DNA of 27,592 bases from Gemmatimonadota bacterium (GCA_038128265.1 JAYPJE010000050.1:1-27592), one strand, 5' to 3'. Numbered from the stretch's first letter, positions 1 through 10,000 are shown. Program-made: numbers and translations. The notes: a model not told the origin generated them from the letters alone.

Positions 1-667
1 GCGTCTCGCTGCCGGGCCGATCGCTCTCATAGGGATAGGGGCCGGCCGTGCCGCTGGGCTTGTAGCGCTGGCCGTTCTGATCCACCAAAAATGTGCGCGC
101 GCCGATGTCGGCAATGGGCGGCTCGGCGGTCGCCTCTTCGCCGTTGAGATAGACCACAAACACTAGGCGATTGTAAAGCGTCAGGCCCCAGCGCTCGTCG
201 TAGTGGTCGCGCAGCATCGGATACTTAGGGTCGTAGACCTTCTGCATCAGGCGATCGATAAACTGGTCGCGGAAGGCGTTGAACTTCTGCCTTTGCAGCG
301 GATTGTCGGGATTAAACGTGGGATCTACAAAAACGAGGTATTGCAGGTAGAGGCTGTTAAAGTCCGTGCCGTCTTCGGCCGGATAGGTGCCGTCTACGTA
401 AGAGTGAACGATTTGCTTGAGGCGGTACTCCAGCTGCTCCTGGCCCAACTCTTCGCGCTCGGCCCGAGCATAGGCGCTGGCAATTTCGTAGGCAAAGGTG
501 CGCAGCGTGGCCTGCACGAAGATGCCGTCGTTGCCGTCTTCCTTCTCGTTGACGACCTGCCAGGCCTCGTCTTCTATTTGCTCAAAGGGCCCCTTGGCAT
601 ACTCCGAGCCGCAGCCAGCGGCGCTGAGAAAAACCGCGCAGAGGGCGATTCGAGACCAGGCAGACAT
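1..667 (-). CDS. Hypothetical lipoprotein, C-terminus runs off the left edge (absent from the ORF track)
   Basis: Manual translation from ATG at 667 (GGAGAG RBS upstream): MSAWSRIALCAVFLSAAGCGSEYAKGPFEQ..., open to base 1. Signal peptide with lipobox-like AAG/C. Confidence 0.8.
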   Translation of the reverse strand, partial: MSAWSRIALCAVFLSAAGCGSEYAKGPFEQIEDEAWQVVNEKEDGNDGIFVQATLRTFAYEIASAYARAEREELGQEQLEYRLKQIVHSYVDGTYPAEDGTDFNSLYLQYLVFVDPTFNPDNPLQRQKFNAFRDQFIDRLMQKVYDPKYPMLRDHYDERWGLTLYNRLVFVVYLNGEEATAEPPIADIGARTFLVDQNGQRYKPSGTAGPYPYESDRPGSET

Positions 668-693
668 AGTCACTCTCCGTCGTTACCGGGTGG

Positions 694-720
694 AAAAAAG
701 GCGGGCGCCCGCAGGCGCCC
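694..720 (-). terminator. Probable intrinsic terminator downstream of rplI
   Basis: Minus strand reads GGGCGCC-TGCG-GGCGCCC-GCC-TTTTTT: 7-bp GC stem followed by a U-tract. Confidence 0.55.
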
Positions 721-771
721 AACACTCCTTAATCTACGCAAAAAACCCGGTGATAACAGCCGTGCGGCCGC

Positions 772-1215
772 TTACTCTTTTACGACCCAGAGCTTGACCT
801 TGGCCGTCACGTCGGCGTGCAGACGCACATCGATGGTGTAGACGCCCAGTGCGCGGATCGGCTCTTCGAGCTGAATGGCGCGGCGGTCGATTGCGTAGTC
901 CTTCTCGGACAGCAGGTCGGCGATATTCTGCACCGTAACCGAACCGAACAGGCGATCCTCTTCGCCCACGCGCACCTGCGCCGTCAGCGAATCGGCTTCC
1001 AGCTGCTTGGCCAGCGCTTCGGCGCCGCGGCGCTCGCGCTCGGCGACGGCCGCGTGCTGCTTGCGCTTGGACTCGAACTGAGCCACGTTGGTATCGCTGG
1101 CTACCAGCGCATGGCGCTGCGGGATGAGAAAGTTGCGCGCAAAGCCGGCTTTTACCTGCACCACGTCGCCGGCACTGCCCAGGGAATCCACGTCTTTTAA
1201 AAGTATTACTTTCAC
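772..1215 (-). CDS. rplI: 50S ribosomal protein L9
   Basis: VKVILLKDVDSLGSAGDVVQVKAGFARNFLIP and RLFGSVT...PIRALG motifs. GTG at 1215 preferred over 1230 because GGAGGA lies 7 nt upstream. Confidence 0.97.
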   Translation of the reverse strand: MKVILLKDVDSLGSAGDVVQVKAGFARNFLIPQRHALVASDTNVAQFESKRKQHAAVAERERRGAEALAKQLEADSLTAQVRVGEEDRLFGSVTVQNIADLLSEKDYAIDRRAIQLEEPIRALGVYTIDVRLHADVTAKVKLWVVKE

Positions 1216-1249
1216 GGTATCGTCCTCCACTCAGAGGGAAACATCTGTT

Positions 1250-2068
1250 TTAAATTTCGTCTTCTTCTTCGGCATCGAGCGGCGCGGGCCGCAGGCGCCG
1301 CCAGTCAAACCAGGTATCCAACAGCCCTATGCCAGCCAGCACCAGCATGGCTAGGCCCGCTACCAGCAGCAGGGCCAGGTAAAACGGCAGTTCCACGACG
1401 CGCGGCACGCCGTGGCGCTGGGCGAAAAAGCGCAGGACCGCCAAGCCCTGCGCAGCGTAGATCACGGCCATCACGACCGCGGCATTGAGCGCCACGTCCT
1501 CCAACCAGCCCACGCCCAATAGCGAGAGGGCCAGTGCGCCAATCATGACCCAGATCAGCTCTTCCCAAGGGCGCCACAGCGGCATCGGCAACCCCTCGGG
1601 AAACGCCGTGCCAAAGCGCGGCGCCAGCAAGAATGCCAGGCGATAGGCCAGCAAAAAACTCAGCAAGAGCGAAATAAATTCGACCGATGGCTGCACGCGC
1701 AGCACCAGGTGAATCATCGCCTCCAGCGCCTGCGGTTCCATCGGCACGTCCAGCACCTCGAACTGCTCGGCGACCAGGTCGGAGCGCTCCTGCAAGACCT
1801 GCGGATCGCCCGCTGAAAAAACCATCCACAGACAGAAAACGGCCACCGGCAGCAGCGCGCCGGCCACCATGCGGCCAAAGCCTTCGCCGCGCTCTATTTG
1901 GAACGCGCCGGCCCACCCCATGAGCAGGGCCAAGCCAAAGCCCGGTCCCAACAGCACAGAGGCCGCCAGACCCGACAGGCCAACGAGCGGCAGCGCAGCG
2001 CGCGAACCGACGCGCGCGCTGACTAGTAGCGCAGCGCTTGTCAGCACGATGCCGATAAAAATCAGCAT
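1250..2068 (-). CDS. DUF2232 / YybS-family multi-pass membrane protein
   Basis: Many hydrophobic helices, QGLAV and GIGLLDTWFDWRR C-terminal signature, and the typical position just before rplI. Confidence 0.85.
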   Translation of the reverse strand: MLIFIGIVLTSAALLVSARVGSRAALPLVGLSGLAASVLLGPGFGLALLMGWAGAFQIERGEGFGRMVAGALLPVAVFCLWMVFSAGDPQVLQERSDLVAEQFEVLDVPMEPQALEAMIHLVLRVQPSVEFISLLLSFLLAYRLAFLLAPRFGTAFPEGLPMPLWRPWEELIWVMIGALALSLLGVGWLEDVALNAAVVMAVIYAAQGLAVLRFFAQRHGVPRVVELPFYLALLLVAGLAMLVLAGIGLLDTWFDWRRLRPAPLDAEEEDEI

Positions 2069-2099
2069 GGCCTAGCTCGCCGGCGCAGCGGGCGCCGTA

Positions 2100-2624
2100 T
2101 TATTCGTCCTCTTCCGAAGCCGAGGAATCGCCGCCGTCATCACCGCCATCACCGGCTGAGTCATCGCGGCTGTTGCTATCATCGCCATCACCGGCCGAAT
2201 CATCGCGGCTATCGCGGCGCGGACCCCGATCGGGTCGATCGCCGGGACGACCGGGACGGTCGCGGCGCGGCGGCGCCAGCTGCTCTTTGAGGAAGTCTTC
2301 CGGCATCAGCTGGGGCACGCGAATAAATTCGCCGTCCACGGCAATGACCAAGTGGCGCAGCAGCTCGCCGTCCAGCTTCATCGACTGCTCCATCGGCGCA
2401 ATCAGCGTCGGCTCGGCCGTAAACTGATAGAGCACGTAGTAGCCCTGGCGACGGTTCTTGAGGCTTTGCGAAGTGTAGGCCATGCGGCGCAAACCCCAGA
2501 GGTCGATGTTGACGATCTCGCCACCGTTTTCGGTGATATGGGTCTTGTAGCGATCAACGGCCTGCTCAAAATGGCCTTCGCCGATTTGAGGGTCGAAGAT
2601 GCAGACGAGTTCGTAATTCTTCAT
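2100..2624 (-). CDS. rpsF: 30S ribosomal protein S6 with long charged C-terminal tail
   Basis: MKNYELVCIFDP...DLWGLRRMAY...GYYVL...LLRHLVI S6 motifs. Confidence 0.95.
   Translation of the reverse strand: MKNYELVCIFDPQIGEGHFEQAVDRYKTHITENGGEIVNIDLWGLRRMAYTSQSLKNRRQGYYVLYQFTAEPTLIAPMEQSMKLDGELLRHLVIAVDGEFIRVPQLMPEDFLKEQLAPPRRDRPGRPGDRPDRGPRRDSRDDSAGDGDDSNSRDDSAGDGGDDGGDSSASEEDE
2145..2210. repeat. In-frame 27-bp imperfect direct repeat (39-nt period) in the rpsF tail, encoding SRDDSAGDG twice
   Basis: gccatcaccggctgagtcatcgcggct (2145-2171) vs gccatcaccggccgaatcatcgcggct (2184-2210). Confidence 0.8.
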
Positions 2625-2670
2625 GTAGTATTCGCTTCCTTGGTTATAGTCCGAAGAGCGGTTCGTGCCC

Positions 2671-4707
2671 TTAGACGAAAAGCGGTGCCAGCACCAAAGA
2701 GATAACCGACATCAGCTTGATGAGAATGTTGAGAGAGGGACCCGAGGTATCCTTGAACGGATCGCCAACCGTATCGCCGACCACGGCCGCCTTGTGCGGC
2801 TCGGAGCCCTTGCCTCCAAAATTGCCTTCTTCAATCCACTTCTTGGCATTGTCCCAAGCCCCGCCGCTGTTGGACATCATCAGCGCCAGCAGCACGCCGC
2901 TGACGGTGGCGCCGGCCAGCATGCCGCCCAGCGCAATCGGACCCAGGCCAAAGCCAACGACGACCGGAGCCAGCACGGCCAGCAGGCCGGGCGCGATCAT
3001 TTCGCGCAGCGCGGCCGACGTGCTAATCTCGACGCAGCGCTTGGTGTCGGGCGTGCCCGTGCCCTCCATCAGACCGGGAATCTCGCGGAACTGACGGCGC
3101 ACCTCTTCGACCATGGTGTGAGCCGCCTTGCCGACCGACGTCATGGTGATGGCCGCGGCCAAGTAGGGAATCATCGCGCCAATAAAGAGGCCGATGACGA
3201 CGATGGGTTCGGTTACGTCGATGACGACGGGTTTGCCGGTACCCTGCTCAATGGTAGAGGTGTATGCGGAAAATAGCGCCAGCGCCGTGAGCGCCGCCGA
3301 GCCAATGGCAAAGCCCTTGCCGATGGCCGCCGTCGTATTGCCCAACGAGTCGAGGCCGTCGGTGATCTTGCGCGTATCGGCGCCCAGACCGGCCATCTCG
3401 GTGATGCCGCCGGCGTTGTCGGCGATGGGCCCGTAGGCATCGACCGACATGGTAATGCCCACGGTGGCCAGCATACCGACGGCGGCGATGCCGATGCCGT
3501 AGAGGCCGGCAAAGTGGAAGGCCAGAAAAATAGCGCCGACGATGCCCAAGATGGGCAGCGCGGTGCTCTCCATGCCAACGGCCAGACCGGATATGATGTT
3601 GGTGGCCGAACCCGTTTCCGAAGCCGCAGCGATATCGCGGATGGGCTTGCCGCCGGTGTAGTACTCGGTCAGCAGGCCAATCACAATGCCGGCAATACAG
3701 CCGGCGCTCAGCGCCCAGACGACATTGTTGGACAGGCCGAGCTGACCCGCTGCCCAGTAGGCGCCGCCGATCATCAGCGCAGCGGCGATAAACGTCGAGT
3801 AGCGAAGAGCAGCGCCCGGGTCGGCGTTTTGCATGAGGCGCACGCTGAATATGCCGACCAGCGAAGCGAGCAGGCCGACCATAATGACAATCAGCGGAAA
3901 GCTCATAGAAGAAAGGCGCGCCGCCTCTTGGGTCGCACCCGGGGCCAGCACCTGCAGCGCGGCCAGCGAAGCGGTCGCGGCAATGGCGATCGTGGCGATA
4001 ACCGAACCGACGTAGGATTCAAAAATATCGGCGCCCATACCGGCTACGTCGCCGACGTTATCACCTACGTTATCGGCAATAACCGCCGGGTTGCGCGGAT
4101 CGTCTTCCGGAATGCCGGCTTCGACTTTGCCCACTAAGTCGGCGCCGACGTCCGCCGTCTTGGTGAAGATGCCACCCCCCACGCGGGCAAAGAGCGCGAT
4201 CGAGGAGGCGCCCATGGCAAAGCCGTTGATCGAGGCCGATGCGCCGGGGTCGCTCCACACGCCGAATAGGTTGGTTAGCGCGCCCACGCCCAGCAGCCCG
4301 AGGCTGGCCACCGACAGCCCCATGACGGCGCCGCCGGAAAAGGCCATCATCAGCGCCGGCCCCTGGCCCTGCTGGTTGGCCGCCTGCGCAGTCCGCACGT
4401 TGGCGTGCGTGGCCGCTTTCATACCCGTAAAGCCGGCGGCAATCGAACAGACGGCCCCGGCGAGAAAGGCGTAGGCCGTTTGGCCGCCAATAAAGCTAAA
4501 GAGCAGTCCAAAGACGACGACGACAAAGACGAGTAGTATGGTGTACTCGCGCTTCAAAAAAGCCATGGCTCCTTCGTGAATGGCGTCGGAAATGGCGGCC
4601 ATTTCCTCCGTGCCAACAGAGCCCTTCTTAATGAATGAGTACAGCAGCAGCGAGCAGAGTAACCCCGCCAAGCCCAAATAGGGCGCTGCCATTGTCCAGC
4701 TTTCCAT
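2671..4707 (-). CDS. hppA: K+-dependent membrane-bound pyrophosphatase, probably Na+-translocating
   Basis: [40 protein letters not shown] and [14 protein letters not shown] motifs. GNTTAA (Ala form) indicates K+ dependence, and ADIFESY places the gate Glu as in Na+-PPases. Confidence 0.96.
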   Translation of the reverse strand: MESWTMAAPYLGLAGLLCSLLLYSFIKKGSVGTEEMAAISDAIHEGAMAFLKREYTILLVFVVVVFGLLFSFIGGQTAYAFLAGAVCSIAAGFTGMKAATHANVRTAQAANQQGQGPALMMAFSGGAVMGLSVASLGLLGVGALTNLFGVWSDPGASASINGFAMGASSIALFARVGGGIFTKTADVGADLVGKVEAGIPEDDPRNPAVIADNVGDNVGDVAGMGADIFESYVGSVIATIAIAATASLAALQVLAPGATQEAARLSSMSFPLIVIMVGLLASLVGIFSVRLMQNADPGAALRYSTFIAAALMIGGAYWAAGQLGLSNNVVWALSAGCIAGIVIGLLTEYYTGGKPIRDIAAASETGSATNIISGLAVGMESTALPILGIVGAIFLAFHFAGLYGIGIAAVGMLATVGITMSVDAYGPIADNAGGITEMAGLGADTRKITDGLDSLGNTTAAIGKGFAIGSAALTALALFSAYTSTIEQGTGKPVVIDVTEPIVVIGLFIGAMIPYLAAAITMTSVGKAAHTMVEEVRRQFREIPGLMEGTGTPDTKRCVEISTSAALREMIAPGLLAVLAPVVVGFGLGPIALGGMLAGATVSGVLLALMMSNSGGAWDNAKKWIEEGNFGGKGSEPHKAAVVGDTVGDPFKDTSGPSLNILIKLMSVISLVLAPLFV

Positions 4708-4752
4708 TTCTTCCCCTTTGCCCCCATGGGAGGGCAGTGCTTCTCTTGCGGT

Positions 4753-5322
4753 TTATTGGAGGACCCCGTTAAAGCGGTTCATGGCCGCCTCGACGCCCTC
4801 TGCGAAATAGGTATCCAGTGCCGCTGCGCCGCGTTTCACCAGCGCCTCCACGTCGCCATCGCCCTGCGAGAAAGGCGCCAACACATACTCGACGATGTCG
4901 CCGCCCTCGGGCGGCTGGCCAATGCCCATGCGCAAACGCGGCACCTCCTGACTGGACAGCTCTTCCAATACGGAGGCCAAGCCGTTGTGGCCGCCGTCGC
5001 TGCCGCGGCCGCGCAGGCGCAGGCGACCAAAGTCCAACAGAAAATCGTCGTAGGCGACCATCAGGTCGCCCGGTTCGGCCGAAAAGCGGCCACACAGCGC
5101 ACGCGCGGCGCGGCCGCTGCGATTCATATAGGTCTGGGGCTTGGCCAACAGGACCGGTTGGCCGTCCCACTCGACCTGGGCCAGCAGGCTGTGGTCGCGC
5201 GCACTGGGCGCCCACTCGACCTGCGCGCGCAGGGCCAGGTAGTCGACCAACGCAAAGCCAATATTGTGGCGCGTATCGGCATAGCGCGCGCCCGGATTGC
5301 CCAGACCGAGGACGATCTGCAA
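4753..5322 (-). CDS. pth: Peptidyl-tRNA hydrolase
   Basis: IVLGLGNPG..YADTRHNIGF, KPQTYMNRSG, GSDGGHNGL and RLRMGIG motifs. TTG start. Confidence 0.97.
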   Translation of the reverse strand: MQIVLGLGNPGARYADTRHNIGFALVDYLALRAQVEWAPSARDHSLLAQVEWDGQPVLLAKPQTYMNRSGRAARALCGRFSAEPGDLMVAYDDFLLDFGRLRLRGRGSDGGHNGLASVLEELSSQEVPRLRMGIGQPPEGGDIVEYVLAPFSQGDGDVEALVKRGAAALDTYFAEGVEAAMNRFNGVLQ

Positions 5323-5328
5323 GGCGCG

Positions 5329-6006
5329 CTACTCTTGCGACTCCTCCTGTGACTCTTCCTGCGATTCCTCATCGCCCTCATCGCCCTCATCGCCCTCACC
5401 GCTCTGAGTGCCGGATAGACGCGGTGCCAGAATATTGACGATGGTGCGCGATGGATCGGTGCTGATGCGCGGCTCCTGCTCGAGCAAATCGCTGACGTGC
5501 AGGCTGTCGCCGACGACGAGCGAAGAGATGTTGATCTCGATAGCAGCGGGCATTTCCGAAACGACCGATTCGATCTCGATGGATGTCAAGGTCTGCTGCA
5601 GCGCGCCGCCGCCGTTGCGCACGCCCTCGGGCACGCCCGCCGTGACTAGCGGCACTTCGGCGCGCAGCGTCTCGCCAGCGTTGGTGCGCAGCAGGTCAAT
5701 GTGCATGGCATTGCCGCGCACCTTGTGATACTGAATCTCGCGAATCAGCGCGCCTTCTGACTCGGTCCCATCTTCGTATTCGACGTTGATCGTCGCGTTC
5801 TGGCCACCCTTGCTCAAAATCTGCTCGAAGTTGTGTGCGTCAATTTTGAAGGCATAGGGATCCTTCTTATGACCGTAGAGCACACCGGGTATCTGGCCAT
5901 GGAGACGCCTGAGCTGACCCACGGGACCTTTGCCCTGCTCCTGGCGGTGGGCAATTTTCAGCGAGACGTGCGCCCGCTTGTGGAGCTTGAGTGGAACTGC
6001 CGGCAT
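5329..6006 (-). CDS. rplY: 50S ribosomal protein L25 / general stress protein Ctc
   Basis: GKG...LRR..GQIPGVLYG, IREIQYH...HIDL, GV.NGGG.L and C-terminal Ctc beta domain. AGGAGA RBS. Confidence 0.93.
   Translation of the reverse strand: MPAVPLKLHKRAHVSLKIAHRQEQGKGPVGQLRRLHGQIPGVLYGHKKDPYAFKIDAHNFEQILSKGGQNATINVEYEDGTESEGALIREIQYHKVRGNAMHIDLLRTNAGETLRAEVPLVTAGVPEGVRNGGGALQQTLTSIEIESVVSEMPAAIEINISSLVVGDSLHVSDLLEQEPRISTDPSRTIVNILAPRLSGTQSGEGDEGDEGDEESQEESQEESQE
5332..5400. repeat. Short tandem repeats encoding the acidic L25 tail (GDE x3, ESQE x3)
   Basis: ctcatcgcc occurs three times in tandem, next to 12-nt units encoding (E)SQE. Confidence 0.75.
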
Positions 6007-6029
6007 GGGATACTTCTCCTTAGAAAAAA

Positions 6030-6104
6030 TGGCAGCCCGGCGAGGACTCGAACCTCGATAAACGGAACCAAAATCCGTTGTCCTGCCAATTGAACGACCG
6101 GGCT
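6030..6104 (-). tRNA. tRNA-Gln(TTG) with encoded CCA
   Basis: Cloverleaf: AGCCCGG/CCGGGCT acceptor stem, GTTC/GGAC D stem, ACGGA-TTTTGGT-TCCGT anticodon arm, CGAGG-TTCGAGT-CCTCG T arm, G73, CCA. Classic position after ispE. Confidence 0.97.
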
Positions 6105-6107
6105 ACC

Positions 6108-6989
6108 CTAACTCTGTATTGTGTCGCTGGCCATCGGTTGACAAAAAAAAGACCGGTGACCCTGCGCTCGTAGCTCTCGTTGAGCCTTGAGGGCGGCGTT
6201 CCGGTCGTCGAAGAGGCCGTAAACCGTGGAACCGCTGCCCGACATGGATGTGACGCAGGCACCGGCTTGCTCCAAATGAGAACGAAGCGTTGCGACGATG
6301 GGATAGGCGCTTTCGACTACGGGCAGGAAGTCGTTCTCCAACACTTCCATCAATTCCCAACAGTCAACGCACCCGCCGCTCAAGGAATCAACAAAGCTAA
6401 TATAGCGATTGGGGTCTGTCAAGGCAGCGCGGATTTGCCCGTAGGCCCAAGCGGTGCCGACGGCTACGCCCGGGTACACGAGGACATACCAGACGTCGCC
6501 CTGCCAGCCCAAGGGTTCGAGCACCTCGCCGCGACCGCGCATCACGGCTGTCCCCCCTTCTATAAGGAATGGGATATCCGAGCCCAGCTGGGCGGCTAGG
6601 GCGCGTAGATCCTCTGCGTCTAGGGGCGACCCGTGCAGCGCGTTGAGCGCGCGCAGGGTGGCCGCTGCGTCGGCGCTGCCACCGCCCAAACCGGCACCAA
6701 CCGGTATATTCTTTTCCAGATGCACGCTGAAAGGCCGACAGGGCACCGGCGCGCGCTGGGCAAACAGCGCCATCGCCCGCAGAACGAGATTGTCGCCGTC
6801 GACGGGTATATCGGCCACCGTGCAGGTCAGCGCACTGCGCTCGGCCGGCCTGAAGCGCAGAACGTCCGCCAAATCAATGCCCTGCGCAACGCTGAGGATC
6901 TCGTGATAGCCGTCGGGGCGTTTGCCCAAAATTTTCAGTCCGAGATTGATCTTAGCGCCGGCGCGCTCAACCCATTCGTTCTCCGCCAT
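6108..6989 (-). CDS. ispE: 4-diphosphocytidyl-2-C-methyl-D-erythritol kinase
   Basis: AKINLGL...RPDGYHEI, KNIPVGAGLGGGSADAA, LGSDIPF and MSGSGSTV motifs. Confidence 0.97.
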   Translation of the reverse strand: MAENEWVERAGAKINLGLKILGKRPDGYHEILSVAQGIDLADVLRFRPAERSALTCTVADIPVDGDNLVLRAMALFAQRAPVPCRPFSVHLEKNIPVGAGLGGGSADAAATLRALNALHGSPLDAEDLRALAAQLGSDIPFLIEGGTAVMRGRGEVLEPLGWQGDVWYVLVYPGVAVGTAWAYGQIRAALTDPNRYISFVDSLSGGCVDCWELMEVLENDFLPVVESAYPIVATLRSHLEQAGACVTSMSGSGSTVYGLFDDRNAALKAQRELRAQGHRSFFCQPMASDTIQS

Positions 6990-6994
6990 GGAGC

Positions 6995-7050
6995 TTGACC
7001 TCGTTTTGCGTATAATCTACTATGATAGGTAAAAACTGACAGAATGGCAG
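6995..7050. promoter_or_regulatory. Candidate overlapping divergent sigma70 promoters in the 65-bp ispE/TPR gap
   Basis: Plus strand: TTGACC(6995-7000)-N17-TACTAT(7018-7023). Minus strand: CTGCCA(7050-7045)-N17-TATCAT(7027-7022). Confidence 0.5.
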
Positions 7051-7054
7051 GTCT

Positions 7055-10000
7055 ATGTCCGCATTAAATTACGCGGCGCGCTTTGCCCTAGCGGGGCTCT
7101 TGCTCGTCTCACCCGCGGCGGCACAGCAGAGCGGCGACGACGATTTCAAACTGGCGCGCAACCTCTATCGCGACGCCGGCGACTACGCCACGGCCTCCAC
7201 GCTCTTTGCCGAATTTCTGCGCAACTACCCCGACAGCCCGCAGCGCGCCGAAGCGCGGCTGATGCTGGCGCGCGCTTACCGCAACAGCAACCGCTGCGAA
7301 CTGGCAGCGGCTGCCTACGAGACCTTTTTCCTCGATCATCCGGATCACCTAGCCACCGCCGATGCGCGCCGCGAGCGAGCCGCCTGCCTGTCGCAGCTGG
7401 GCCAATACACCGAGGCGGCGCGCGCCTATGAAGACGTGCAGCGGCGCTTTAGCGCCAGCGATTTTGCCGCCGCCGCACTGATCGATGCCGCGGCCAACCA
7501 CACCTATGGACAAGACGTGGCGCGCGCAGTCGATATATACCAGCGCGTGCTCGACGAATACGGCACCAGTGCAGCCGTCCACCAGGCCCGCTACCAGCTG
7601 GCCCGGCTGCTCTTTGCCGCTGGGCGGCCCGACGAAGCGCAGCGGCTGCTGGGGCAAATAACGGTTGCTCGACCAGTCCCTGAGCAGGCGCCCTCGGCCC
7701 AGCTATTGAACGGTCGCATCGATCTCTTTTTGGGCAATCGCGACGGTGCGGCAGAGAAGTTTTCCGTGCTCTACGAGCGCTTTGCGCGCACGCCCCAGGC
7801 CGATAGCGCCCATGTCGACTACGCCAACCACCTCTACGAACAGCGCCTCTTCAGCCAGGCCGGCGATGCCTTTGCACGGGCGCTCTCCGCCGCAAGGGAT
7901 GCGTCGCTGCAGCGCCGCGCCCTGCTCGGACTGGCCGATGCCCGGCGCCAGAGCCGACAGACGGCCGAAGCCCTCGAGCACTATCAACGCCTGCTGCAAC
8001 AGCTGCAGGCCGGCGACGAAGATTATCTGAGCGCGCGCCTAGGCCAGGCTATTGCCCTGGGCCAGGCCGGGCAATTTGCCCTAGCCGTAGGCCTGTTCCA
8101 AGGGCTGATACAGATTGGCGAAGGCCCGGAAGCGCTGGCCGCGCTGCGCGAGCTGGGAGCGCTTTACCGCACGCGCGGGGACCACAGCCGCGCCATCACG
8201 TGGTATCGCCGCTACCTGCAGGAAACCGACGAGGCGGCCGCTGACGCCCAAGCCGTGCGCGCCGTGCTGGCCGAACTCTACGCCTCGACCGGCTATCGCG
8301 AGGAGGCGGTAGCCATCTACCGCCAGCTGGCATCTGGACAGGGCACCGTAGCAGCCGAGGCGCAGTACGGGCTGGCCAGCACCTTTGAAGCGGGCGGCCA
8401 GCCGCGCGAAGCATTGCGCGAATATGTGGCCTATCTCGAACTATTTCCGGGCGCACCGCAGGCCGAAGCCGCGCGCCAGCGCATCGAGTACCTGCGCGAG
8501 TTTACCGTGATGCACCCGGCCGAGCTGAGCCGCGCCCTGCAGCAAGCCTGGATCGACGAACTCAGCGGCACCCCACGCCAGAGCGTGCAGCTCGACGTGG
8601 CGCACGCCCTCTTTGAACACCACGACTTTGAGAGCGCAGCCCGTTCGTTTGAGCACTACGCGGCGGCCTATGCCAACAGCACCTACGGACCCGAGGGCCA
8701 ATTCTTCCTGGCTGAGAGCCTGCTCAATCTGGCGCGCCAGCGCACTATGGAAGAGCGTCCACAGCAGGCCGATTCCCTGCGCGAGCTGGCCTTGCAGGAG
8801 TACCGCATTCTCGCGCGGGCCGAGGGGTCTTCCTGGGCGCAGCGGGCCCAGCTGCGGCTGATTGAGGTCGAGGCCGACAGCGGCCCCGATTCGCTGCGAC
8901 TGACCACGCGAGAAGAGGGGTTTGCGCGCTTTGTCAGCACCTATAGCCGCGAGGGCAGCGAACACCTCGACCGGGCCCTGTTCCAGCTGGCCGAGGCGCG
9001 GCGGGCGCTGGGTGACGACGTCAAATTGAAATCGGCCATCGCCGACTACCAGAGTCTGCGTCGGCTCTTTCCACAGAGCCCACTGGTGTCGCAGGCGCTC
9101 TTTGGCATCGGCCTGTGCCTGGCCCAGAGCGGCCAGTACGATGCGGCCGCCGACTCGCTGGAGCGCATGCTGCAGAGCTATCCCGACAGCCCGCTGGCAG
9201 CCAATGCCCTATTTGAGCTGGGCCAAATGCGCCTAGCGCAGGCCCGGCCCCAGCAGGCCATCGGTCGCCTGCAGGAGCTGCGCTGGGGCTATCCGGCTTT
9301 TCCGGCCCGGCGCCCGGCACTGCTGCTGCTGGCCGATACGTACTTCGCGCTGGGCGAATACGCCGCCGCCGCCGAAATCTACCGGCCGCTGGCCGAGGCT
9401 ACCGGTGTGCGCGATCCGGGGGGCCGCGTGCGCCGACAGCTAGCCCGGGCCTACCACTACATGGGACAGTATGGCCCTGCTCTACAGACCTATCGACGCC
9501 TTGTAGACGAAGAGGCTGAGGTCGCCGCGCGCGACAGCATCTATTTCGATCAGGCCGTCTTGCTGGTGCGCCTGGGCCAAGAGGACGAAGCCGTGCGCCA
9601 ATTTCTCGCCGTGCGCGATGCTTTTCCCGATGCGCCGTTGGCCGACAGAGCAGGCGCCCGCGCCGGCCACATTGCCTTCGCCCTAGAGCAGTACGACGAA
9701 GCCCAGCGCATCTACGCACCCCTGCTGGAAAAGGACATACCCGACTCGCTGGTCTACGGCCAGTATGCCCTGGCCCTCTTTCGCCTGCAGCGCATTGAAG
9801 AGGGGCGCAAAGCGGCCAAGCGTTACGCCGACCGCATGGGCAGCAAGGCGGAGTGGAACGGGCGCTTCCTGCTGGAAGAAGGGCGCTATTACCAGCGCAC
9901 AAAAGACTACGACAAGGCGCTCAACGCCTTTCGCGACGTAGTTAAAAAAGGCGGCAGCACCGCCAGCGAAGGCGCCTATTACGCGGCCGAGGCGCTCTGG

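Noticed and set aside
203..841. 212-aa plus-strand ORF
   Set aside because: Antisense shadow of the minus-strand lipoprotein and rplI; no recognisable protein features.
2665..4474. Several plus-strand ORFs opposite hppA, and similar shadow ORFs across the window
   Set aside because: Expected stop-poor alternative frames in high-GC coding DNA that overlap well-supported genes.
4718..4736. Small hairpin upstream of hppA as a possible riboswitch or terminator
   Set aside because: The intergenic gap is only 45 nt, the stem is imperfect with no U-tract, and it is too small for a known aptamer.
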